Origin: Macrostomum lignano
Taxonomy: Eukaryota
Assembly: GCA_002269645.1 (NCBI GenBank)
Contig: NIVC01000023.1
Coordinates: 1,054,001 to 1,118,000 of the forward strand
Length of the DNA: 64,000 bases
Direction: 5' to 3'
The notes under the pieces are model-generated. The model searched no databases. It had not been told where the DNA came from and was given only the letters and a program-made list of their open reading frames with translations. A program made the position numbers and the translations under genes. Each line of letters begins with the position of its first letter. The stretch's first letter is position 1. Below are positions 35,401 through 64,000 of this stretch, piece by piece.

Positions 35401-37585
35401 ACTGTGCCGTCTTGACAGCCAATCACAACACCGTTGCCACCCGGCTGACTGCGAGCGGCCCAAATCCAAGAATCCGACTTAGCAACCAAACCCAGCTTAG
35501 TTCCGTCTTTAGTGTACAAGTTGCACTCGTGATTTGAGCCGGAAATTAAAACAAAATCTCCGGTGTGAAACCAGCTGATGCAGGCTGGATCGTAGTTCAC
35601 AGCCTTCTCTGTTACCTGAACATGTTGGATAAGTTTATTCTTGATTAATGTTCAATATAGGCAACTCTGGTTGAGAACATCTGCGCTAGAAAAATGCACA
35701 TGATGCAGATAGGTGGGGGGGGGGGGGCTAATACTCGTACTGCTAGTCCATATACTAAGTCTTTTTGTGTTAAAAATGAAAAAAATACTTCTATATCTCG
35801 TCTATTTATGCGCTCTTACAAAGTTCTTATGTGGAGAATCAACGAGCTTATTCTTAAATACGAACAATTGGCTATTAAAAAAATATTTCTCAAAGAGCTA
35901 TTGAGAGGCGATTTCTTCTTACCGACTTCTCCAGCAAACGATAAAAAGCCACTTTCTGGCCCCAGTCTGCAGCGGCTAGAGTGTACAGCTTATCGTCTCT
36001 GTAAAATTTTTAATTTGTTTAAATGAGCAAATTAAAACATTTGCACTTACACTGTTGCTTTTTAACGGTATTATTTGTCACAAAAACCCAGATAAACAAA
36101 TATACGAACGTAATAATAAAGAAGGCTCACTTTGACGGGCACCATTCCAGAGACCAGACTGGGCTCAGGGCGCCGCCAGGTCGTTCAAACTTGCGCTTCT
36201 CCTCTCCGGTCTGTGGTGGGGGCAGAGATAGCGAAATAGGCTGGGAATTGCTTCAGTTTCAGTTGCAGACAGGGGGGTAAGAGGAGAAATGAATGAGCAG
36301 GGGGAGGGACAGTGGCACGGAGAGATGGGACGGTATATGAGGACAGAAGGTGGACACCGGTTATAGGGGGGTCGCGTGAAGGATAATAGAGGCATGGGAA
36401 CAGGACAGAACAGGAGACAGGGGAGGACAAATAGGTGGATAGCAAGCTGGGAGGTATGGAGGCCAACAGGGGAGACATGGGAGGGCAGATACAAAGACAG
36501 AGATGACTCGGGGTGGACACTGGGAAAGCCACAGTAGTTGGGACACTATGCAGGGGACAAATTAATTTTCATTAGTGTTTCTAATAATATAAAACTGGCA
36601 AGACGTTTGCTAAAAGATAGTTAAGGGGGGGGTTCTTAGAAAAATACAACTAGCACGCACCATCACTTTTGGTAATTTTGGTAGCAATAATTGGCAGAGA
36701 TTTGGACAATTTAATAGCAACGAATGTACTACTCCAAACAAAAAACATCGATATGAACTGCCTCACCTTGCTCCTAATGCTGATGACACCGTTGTACAAT
36801 CCTATAGCAAGGTACTGCCCATCCTTAGTCCAGCTGCAGCAGGTAACTCTGGCAGCTACTTTGCTTTTATTAACAGATTTTTGTTCCGTCGACCAGAGAC
36901 CGAAGTCGGAGCAGGCGCAGGAGGCCAACTGGCCGCTAAGGGGATTGAATGCCAGGCACTGGATGCTATCGTTGTGCCTGCAAGAAAGAGTTTGGTACTA
37001 GTGATGATAGTTTAAGCAAAATCAGGATCATTATATTTATATATGCAAATGGAATCAAAGAACTCACGAGTATTTCAAAATTCCTTCCAACTTCGGCTTG
37101 GTTGCCCAAATTATAACCATCTTGTCTGCAGAACCGCTGGCAAAGCGTTTGCCATCCTTGGCGTAAGTCACGCAATAAACTGCGTCCTTGTGACCTTTCA
37201 GGGCCTGAATAAGTGCTCCGTCTTCGGCGTTGTATACAAGCACCCTGCTTCCTGCAGCGGCCACAATCTGCATTCCGTCAGGACTGAAGCAGAGGTCCCA
37301 GATACTAAAAAGCACATGAAAGGCAACGCAGACTCATGAGTTATTCACCAGAGTTGAATAAAAAAATCAAATAAAGCCTCGACTTCAGCCTAATTTTTTG
37401 TTAAAAAATAATATTTTTGTTAAGTGTTGTCAGATAAAGTAGATGTAGCCGTATAATTAAAAAATGTAGCTAAAAGGGAAATGTCTACTAACAGTTATCA
37501 AACTGAAAATGAAGAAACGCACGTACCATTGGTCATTCTTGTCGCGATCGACAACTTTATCTACCCATAGAGATTCTGATTTCAT
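26426..37585 (-). CDS. IFT122: Intraflagellar transport protein 122 (IFT-A, WDR10), 1205 aa; 15 exons (37585-37527, 37304-37068, 36977-36767, 36210-36131, 35998-35923, 35615-35288, 34671-34469, 33630-32935, 32335-32007, 31524-31203, 30641-30393, 30022-29804, 28254-28143, 27271-26853, 26503-26426)
   Basis: WD40 N-terminus ([43 protein letters not shown]), [17 protein letters not shown]-like [41 protein letters not shown] and terminal GCCPFCR. Exon lengths sum to 3618 nt in frame and all introns are GT-AG. Confidence 0.97.
26555..26826. repeat. ~35-bp minisatellite (CTCTACCCCCAATGTACACACAGCGCACTAATTAAA), IFT122 intron 14
   Basis: About 7 units. Confidence 0.9.
27355..28030. repeat. ~20-24-bp minisatellite (ACCAGACCAATGTGACCCCCCA), IFT122 intron 13
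   Basis: Tandem units with a variable C-run. Confidence 0.9.
28345..29745. repeat. 23-bp minisatellite (GTCAGACTGAAGAGACTCGGGAT), IFT122 intron 12
   Basis: About 60 units; the variant changes gradually along the array. Confidence 0.95.
30100..30380. repeat. Degenerate ~26-bp repeat (GATGACTCATCGCTAAAGTACA), IFT122 intron 11
   Basis: Recurrent GATGACTCATCG and AAAGTACA blocks. Confidence 0.75.
30710..31190. repeat. 13-15-bp minisatellite (CCCCAAGAATCG), IFT122 intron 10
   Basis: Direct reading. Confidence 0.9.
31555..31995. repeat. 27-28-bp minisatellite (TATAGATTGGCGCTATATTTGACAATTT), IFT122 intron 9
   Basis: About 15 units. Confidence 0.95.
32370..32790. repeat. 26-bp minisatellite (TGTCCATTGTCACTCTGGCCTCCTTA), IFT122 intron 8
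   Basis: About 15 units. Confidence 0.95.
33660..34425 (+). repeat. 33/35-bp minisatellite (GGGACTGGAGGTGTCAGGTGAGTCAGTAGGATATT), IFT122 intron 7
   Basis: About 22 units alternating 33 and 35 bp. Confidence 0.95.
34712..35172 (-). repeat. Same 33/35-bp minisatellite in the opposite orientation, IFT122 intron 6
   Basis: The plus-strand unit CCCAATATCCTACTGACTCACCTGACACCTCCAGT is the exact reverse complement of the intron-7 unit. Confidence 0.95.
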
Positions 37586-38392
37586 TGATAATCCTTTTAT
37601 CTAAGCACTCACGAAAAATTATAGTCTATAGTTTAGCGGCCTCAACTGATGGTAAAATGTCACATATTTCTTTGACGAATTAGTGCTGTTATTAGTGTAA
37701 AGGCTTTTAATTGCCAAAAAATCCAATTTTTTTCAACTTTTTACTGTTTATTTATTTTAAAAATCTTAAAATGCCACCGCTTTTTGCGGCTTTAGAAAAC
37801 ATTTTATACAACTTTTGTTAAAACTGATAATATTTTTAAAAACACTCCTTGTTGGTCTTCAAAGAAATTATCTATCGATAGCAATATAAATGTGAGAGTT
37901 GCAAACTCTAATATGACTAGTGCGAGTGACGCGCGGCCAGGGAGTTGCCGGCTAGGCACTCCCTCGGCATACTTAACAACGAACTAATATGACTAGTGCA
38001 AGTGCGATTTATTGCTCACATAATAATTTCTAAAAAGTCGCTTGTTGAAAGAAGTAACAAACAATTCAGTGTTAGCTGTTAGGCCTAGTTAAGTAAGTCA
38101 TTTGCTATCAGTACCCCAATAGGCAGTCGCAGCCTCGCAGGTTATGCCCTTGTCCCAAGATTGATCTATGCATTTGCAACTCTAATTAAAAGTTGTTTTT
38201 TAGAATTTTTTTTTCGTTACATGGGAGTCTGTGGGTTGGGTATGAGATCTGAGCCTATATCTGTCTTAAATGTGTTTTTTTTAATTATGGCTTTTGCATA
38301 GGCCTATGGCTATGCTGTTGCTTATTGCTATTTTGAAGTTTTTATGCTTCATAAATCATAATCAAGGATCCTTGATCATCCTTGATCATTTT

Positions 38393-38553
38393 CAAGGATG
38401 TAGAGAGGGGGGGATAGGGGGATATATCCCCCAAAGAGCCTGACCAAAACTTTCTTATTGCCCTTTGTTGCTATACATGCTACCATGTGACTTTGTCATA
38501 GCACTTTTACCTTGGTATATCTCTCCCATAGGAAATTCCTAGCTATGCCCCTG
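38393..38553. mobile_element. 161-bp hAT-type MITE in the IFT122/IRE1 divergent intergenic region
   Basis: Degenerate TIRs CAAGGATGTAG / CTATGCCCCTG. Perfect 8-bp TSD ATCATTTT at 38385-38392 and 38554-38561. Confidence 0.7.
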
Positions 38554-39610
38554 ATCATTTTTTGTATATTTGTCATGCTTATTGAATATTGGTCTTACTT
38601 GCTACTAATAATAATGCATATAAAAGGTAAAGATCTATTATCAATCTAGTGTCCCACTTTAGGATGGCCAATAAGCGAAGAACACAAATTATTTGTATAA
38701 ATCATATTTGCCTTGACATCTCAATGATTCCCCTCTCCCTAAGTCTTACCATTATAGCAATTTAGAAACTCTTAGGCCTAATAATCTTTGATGCCAGGAT
38801 AGAATCTTTACATGGCAATTTTGGAATAGAAATTTGTATAGAAATATTTTGCACAAGCACAAGTTTCTTATCTTTTAATGTGCAATTTTTTTTTGACTTC
38901 TAATAATAAGACTTTTTTGTAGTTCCAATAATAAAGGACCTTTTCTACAATTTTGACAATCAAGGACCTTTTTGGGAAGCCTATTTACATTGTCTCTTCC
39001 TTGCAAAAACTTTGATTTATATGTCATATACAGAATATAAACTTTTCAGATAATTCATCCTACCTTCTAGTTTTTATTATACAATATTTTTATAAAAGTC
39101 TATTCAAATGTGCAAGTTTATTAACAATATAAGTGCAAGTGCACAAGTTTTTTTAGCATGCATAAAACATGTCTAGGATTTTTTATAAAATTCTATCTTG
39201 GCCTTGATATCTTAGCAATTGTAGTGATAAGCCATGATATCTTAGTAATTCTCTTAGTAAGCCTTAATATATCAGCAATTCAACTTGGGTCTCAAAATCT
39301 TAGTGATTCCTATGTGTTCCAACTATTGCTTTATATTTTTATACATTTTTTGTCTTTAGTTAATGATCTTGATAACAATATTTTAATTTTTGAAAGGCTC
39401 TTTTTCTATCAATGTCATATTAACAAAAAGGTTTTGAATCATTTCCATTATACAATATATTTATAAATAATAGTTTACATGACTTATCCAATTGTAAAAT
39501 AGGTGCTAGCATTAGTTGGGGTAATTGAAGGTATGTGGTAACCCTTCCCCCTTTATTACTTAGACTAAAAAGCCATATACAGCTTTTAGATGCACTATAC
39601 AACAACAGCA

Positions 39611-39748
39611 AACATGCCAGGTGAAGGCCTCTATTGCAGCTTCTGGTGATCCATAGCAGATTCCACGTATCTTGCGCTTGATTTGTGGAAACACAAAAAA
39701 ATTACAGGGGGCCAGGTCAGGGCTATAGGGTGGATGACCAAGCTCTTG
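39611..39748 (-). pseudogene. mariner transposase relic (C-terminal catalytic region)
   Basis: Minus-strand translation QELGHPPYSPDLAPCNFFVFPQIKRKIRGICYGSPEAAIEAFTWHV contains the mariner HPPYSPDLAP motif. The third catalytic Asp (APxD) reads Asn. Not in the ORF track. Confidence 0.85.
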
Positions 39749-39787
39749 AATGCACTCTGGCCAGGAACTCTGCCAGGAACTCTGATT

Positions 39788-39915
39788 GTGACTTAGTTCC
39801 TCCCAATTGTGACTTAGTTCCTCCCGATTGCAACTTAGTTCCTCTTGATTTCAACTTAGTTCCTCCTAATTTGGACTTATTTCTTCCTAATTATGACTTA
39901 GTTCCCCTGATTGCG
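39788..39915. repeat. Short degenerate 21-bp array (GTGACTTAGTTCCTCCCAATT) beside the mariner relic
   Basis: About 6 units. Confidence 0.75.
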
Positions 39916-41263
39916 ACTTAATTTTCATTTTGTATATGACTTTTCTTGCCTTTTTCTCTTTTCTTCTCTTTCTCTCTCCTCTTTCCTCTCTCTTCTCCTT
40001 TTTTTTCTTTTCCTTTTCTCTTCCTCCCCTTTCTTTCTTCTCCCAATTTTTTGTTTTTTGCATTTTCAATTTTGCAACTTACCTTGGCTGGGAGCAATTT
40101 TACCTGTCTAGTTCAGATAGGTTGGACAGGTGTTGGGCATGTATGGGGCACATATTAATTAACTATTATTATTATTTAATATTATTTATGTAAAATATCT
40201 ATAGAATGTATATACATTATAATTTAATACAAATTTAAAGTTATGATATAACAAAAATGTTTCTATATCCATAAGTCATTTACACAAAATCACATTAATT
40301 TTGCTTTGGTGTCTTTTAGAGGTTAGTTGCATTTTTTGTAAAAAAAGTAAGACATATAGCCAGTGTATATCAGGGGGTTGCACATGCATGTAGGTAATCT
40401 AGAATATATCTATAACACTAATTTCCTAATAATTTGTTCATTTTTTGGCTGTTTTTCCCTCTTTTTTCTTTTATTCTTCTATCCCCCTTTTCATCCCTCT
40501 TCTTCTCTCTTCTCTCTTCCCTCCCCCTTCTTTCCTTACTTCTTCTTTTTCTCCTCTCCCCTTTCCAAGTCTCAATTCTTCCAAGCTATGAAGTGGTCTG
40601 GATGTAGAAAATATAAAAATTAATAATTAACACTATAACAATATCCACATTTGCATGTTCTGTCTAAGAACCTTTGTATTTGTAACTTCCTATAACCATA
40701 TCTATAGCTATGAGTAAAGTGGAACTCTAATAACATTCTTAAATCTTACATAAATGTTTTTGTTTTTATACTTATTATATACTTATACTTAAACATATTT
40801 GCATCTATACATATGCATTGTACAATGGATAATTTAGTTTTATGCTATTTCTGTGGGTAATCAATTGTAAATTGCAAAATTAGCAACTCTAAAAATGCAA
40901 AGAAACAAGGAAAGAAATAGTGAGGAAGAAAAAAGTGACATAGAAAATCAAAGATATCCAAAAAGTGAATTTTGAATGATTTTTGCTAGAATTGACAAAT
41001 ATGTCTTCCTAAATTTGTCATCAGTATTTAAAGTTGTTTTCCAAGCACTAAATAGATGATAATAAAGGTTAGTTTATAGTCATTCCTGATTTTTACTACA
41101 TTAGTTAAACCTGCTATCTTTATTGACTGCATGAGTCTAAACCTGCTTCAAGAGCATCTGCATTAGTAAATCAACTGTACTTCAATGCTACAAACTGCTT
41201 AAAGCTAAACTGTGCACCTAATTTAATAACTAATAATTTTTGGCAGCTTGCCAGGCTCCAGCC

Positions 41264-60480
<19,217 letters not shown>

Positions 60481-60554
60481 TTGTCTTGTTTTGCACATAA
60501 ATTCCTGGCATTCAATATAAATAAGTTCAGAATGAGTGAACTAATTAGTTGACG

Positions 60555-60894
60555 AAGCAGCTAAGTTCTCGCCTTTTACCCAGTATCCTGGGTGCCTTTT
60601 CTATTTGTAGGCAGGAGGGCTGCCTGCACCCTGGCGCACTTTAAGCGAAATTGTCACACAAGCAGTCACACGCACAGGCACACACTCACACAGGAGTGTA
60701 CAGCGGCCCTAACTTTATTTATCGCTAGGCATGTACACTTCACTGTGCCTTGGGGGTTGGCCCTCAAACTGGGCGTTAATTGCACGAGCAGAGCCAAGCC
60801 GAGATTCCAATTTAGCCTGAAATTAATGCGACTGCACTTGGAATCGAGCCTGGGCCGCTGGCACATCAGAGCGCCGCGCTGGGCTACTGCATCC
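60555..60894 (-). mobile_element. Second tRNA-derived SINE family, antisense, just downstream of the IRE1 stop
   Basis: Minus-strand head GGATGCAGTAGCCCAGCG...GGCTCGATTCC (A and B boxes). The body recurs as fragments at ~2882 and ~45503. Confidence 0.65.
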
Positions 60895-61334
60895 TGGACA
60901 CCTTTTGTTAATAAAATCCTCATATTTTGCCTATGAAATATTTTTTACCTAGTCAGTTGTTTGGGAAAGGGGATTGGTCCTTTTATTCATATATAATTAA
61001 TGCGATATTTTCTGTTGCTACAAGTAAAACGTTTGTTTTTCTTTTGTGTTAACGATTGTAGAGTGGAGTAATTTCAAGAGGAAATCATATAGAAATCATT
61101 TCATTATTTGCGTATAAAATCTGTTCCATGTTTATTTATAATTATTTCGGTTTCTGTTTATTAAACTAATACGAATAATTGTACAATTAGTCCTGTCTGT
61201 CATTCCGAAGCTAGGCTCAATATTTGTTGTTGAGGCGTCTGGCCCGTGACCCAGTTATAAAAAAACTGTTTTGAATTTGTGTGCACTTCAATTATTTTGT
61301 TATTTTTTTCGGCTGTGGTGCAAAAACTACTATA

Positions 61335-61936
61335 CTGTCCGTCAAAAGTTCCGGAACCCTTGCTACGATGTCTTCTAGCGGACATAATTTCAGTCCGTTT
61401 CATGTAACTTGATTTAAATGAAAGCTGCGGATCTCAGCTCCATGATGTGGTTAAGAGGAAGTTTGTTCGAAGGAGCGCGTGTGAACAGGCCAGTGTTATG
61501 TACATAAAGGTTAGAGAAAAAAAGTGAGGAAAAGACAAACAAGCAATTGTTTTTTACTCTTTTTTACTCTCCCATGAAAGCTGACTGCACAAGAATCCAT
61601 AAGAGCCTGTTGATTTCAACACAAGTTTTGGCCATAGACTAATGTTAGCCAGGCTGAACACTGCGCGCAAACCGATTCTTTCCCATGTGTGTTTGCTCCA
61701 TAGACTCAGCAACCATAGACAATTGCTTGTTTGTCTTTTCCTCACTTTTTTTCTCTAACCACTATGTACATAACACTGGCCTGTTCACACGCGCTCCTTC
61801 GAATGGACTTTTTCTTGACCACATCATGGAGCTGAGATCCGCAGCTTTCATTTAAATCAAGTTACAATTGAGACGGACTGAAATTATGTCCGCTAGAAGA
61901 CATCGTGGCAGGGGTTCCGGAACTTTTGACGGACAG
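61335..61936. mobile_element. 602-bp Tc1/mariner-type MITE with ~216-bp TIRs
   Basis: CTGTCCGTCAAAAGTTCCGG...CCGGAACTTTTGACGGACAG. Arms 61335-61550 and 61719-61936 are nearly identical. TA flanks both ends. Confidence 0.9.
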
Positions 61937-62704
61937 TATAGTTTTTGTTCTTGTGCAAACGAATATGCATGCTTGGGGTTGGTTTCTAACATAATGCCAC
62001 AAATTCATTATCGTTTCTCGTGCCAATACCTGTATAGGGATGATGCGCTTGCTGTCTTACTAGTTCTCATTTTAGGCGTCCGCTTGGATCGTGAATTGTT
62101 GGATTGTTTGTTTTTCAAATTTAAATATAAACAATTGTTTTGTTTTATATATTGGTTCATTTTAGTTTAAACGGAGTGCCCAAAGTAGAACTGACAGCTA
62201 GAGAAACAAATTTCTTATATCAATGGTTGTTGAGTGCGTGCTTGCTTGCTTGTATATTGCTAAACTGTAGTTGTTTGCTTTTTCTTGTTTGCTTTTCTTT
62301 GTGTTTTTGCCTGCTTCATAAGTGTCTTTTAAGGTTTGGTGTTTTTTTTTCTGTAAATAAACGTTGCTTATTTGTATACAAAGCTAGATAACGCATTGGT
62401 TCGCTGGGCAATTTTTTACGGGTAATTTTTACGATAGACACTACTGAGACACGCTCGTCAAGTGGTTGCAAACCAAAGAAAATCGCTAACCTGCTTGGAT
62501 CTGAGAGAACATTCGTTTCTTTCTACTTTATTAAATTTTGAAGTAAAAGAAGCAGCACTACCCGTGTTTGGACTTTTGCATTTTACCCATTTATTTCATC
62601 TATTTTATATTACAACTGTAGGAGTAGGATGGTTATAATTTTCATAGGCCAGCGCCAAAGTTTTTGCTTTAAATATAGTTTTGGACAGTGTGTAAAATTT
62701 TCTA

Positions 62705-63612
62705 CTTGTAACAGATTCCAGCTTGTGACAGATTCCAGCTTGTAACAGATTCCAGCTCGTAAAAGATTCCAGCTTGTAAAAGATTCCAGCTTATAACAGA
62801 TTCCAGCTTGTAACAGATTCCAGCTTATAACAGATTCCAGCTTATAACAGATTCCAGCTTGTAACAGATTCCAGCTTATAACAGATTCCAGCTTGTAACA
62901 GATTCCAGCTTATAACAGATTCCAGCTTATAACAGATTCCAGCTCGTAAAAGATTCCAGCTTGTAAAAGATTCCAGCTTGTAAAAGATTCCAGCTTATAA
63001 CAGATTCCAGCTCGTAAAAGATTCCAGCTTGTAAAAGATTCCAGCTTGTAAAAGATTCCAGCTTGTAACAGATTCCAGCTTGTAACAGATTCCAGCTTGT
63101 AACAGATTCCAGCTTATAACAGATTCCAGCTCGTAAAAGATTCCAGCTTGTAAAAGATTCCAGCTTGTAAAAGATTCCAGCTTATAACAGATTCCAGCTC
63201 GTAAAAGATTCCAGCTTGTAAAAGATTCCAGCTTGTAAAAGATTCCAGCTTATAACAGATTCCAGCTTGTAACAGATTCCAGCTTGTAACAGATTCCAGC
63301 TTATAACAGATTCCAGCTTGTAACAGATTCCAGCTTGTAACAGATTCCAGCTTATAACAGATTCCAGCTTGTAACAGATTCCAGCTTGTAACAGATTCCA
63401 GCTTATAACAGATTCCAGCTTGTAACAGATTCCAGCTTGTAACAGATTCCAGCTTATAACAGATTCCAGCTCGTAAAAGATTCCAGCTTGTAACAGATTC
63501 CAGCTTGTAACAGATTCCAGCTTATAACAGATTCCAGCTTATAACAGATTCCAGCTTGTAAAAGATTCCAGCTTATAACAGATTCCAGCTTGTAACAGAT
63601 TCCAGCTTGCAA
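62705..63612. repeat. 17-bp minisatellite (CAGCTTATAACAGATTC)
   Basis: About 53 units. Confidence 0.95.
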
Positions 63613-63758
63613 AGCTTGATTACATATAGATAATATTTATGGTCGAGAATATAATAACAGTAATAACAGTAATGTAATAATACTAATTTAGTACCGGTCC
63701 AGAGTTTCTATTGTGTGCCACTAGCCCAATTAATATTTAATAATTAATATTTCAATTC

Positions 63759-64000
63759 ATGGAGGCCCAATCCGGACAACAACAACAGCAAGACGAGGAG
63801 CTCACCAAGCAAATCAGGCAACTGATTGATAGCAAAGAGATTAACCAGCTAACTCAACTGGTTAGACGCGTATTGAAAGACAATGACCAGAATGAAGAGA
63901 TCATGTGGGGCCGGTATTCGCCTATTAAAAATAATCGATCAATAATGGCGCCAATGTACAAGCCTAGATGCATTAGTCCCTTGGCCTACGCTCTGGAGGT
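63759..64000 (+). CDS. 5' part of an unidentified gene (MEAQSGQQQQQDEELTKQIRQLID...CISPLAYALEV), open to the window end
   Basis: ATG at 63759 after an AT-rich tract, with 80 open codons of coding-like composition. SPLAYAL weakly recalls an ankyrin TPLHxA motif. Confidence 0.55.
   Translation, partial: MEAQSGQQQQQDEELTKQIRQLIDSKEINQLTQLVRRVLKDNDQNEEIMWGRYSPIKNNRSIMAPMYKPRCISPLAYALE

Noticed and set aside
37894-38184. MITE with AGAGTTGCAAA TIRs
   Set aside because: Only an 11-bp inverted match and no convincing TSD.

Overview
Repeat-rich animal genomic DNA. The intron style, low-complexity Gln/Ala/Gly tracts and pervasive 15-45 bp minisatellites resemble a flatworm such as Macrostomum; the species is my inference. 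I reconstructed four multi-exon genes by hand, all with GT-AG introns and consistent reading phase: PPM1A/B-type PP2C phosphatase (+, 11238-15677), a 733-aa low-complexity gene I cannot assign (+, 19206-22752), IFT122 (-, 37585-26426, 15 exons, 1205 aa), and an unusually long IRE1/ERN1 (+, 41264-60480, 13 exons, 1470 aa). Two partial genes lie at the window edges. Mobile DNA includes a 5'-truncated RTE LINE with a TSD, two tRNA-derived SINE families, a mariner fragment, a nested foldback element and several MITEs. The dominant unexplained pattern is that almost every long intron carries its own minisatellite array. Several array units mimic splice sites, and one array is inverted on either side of IFT122 exon 7. 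Most long ORFs in the supplied track are translations of these repeats. Repeat boundaries and copy numbers are estimated by eye.
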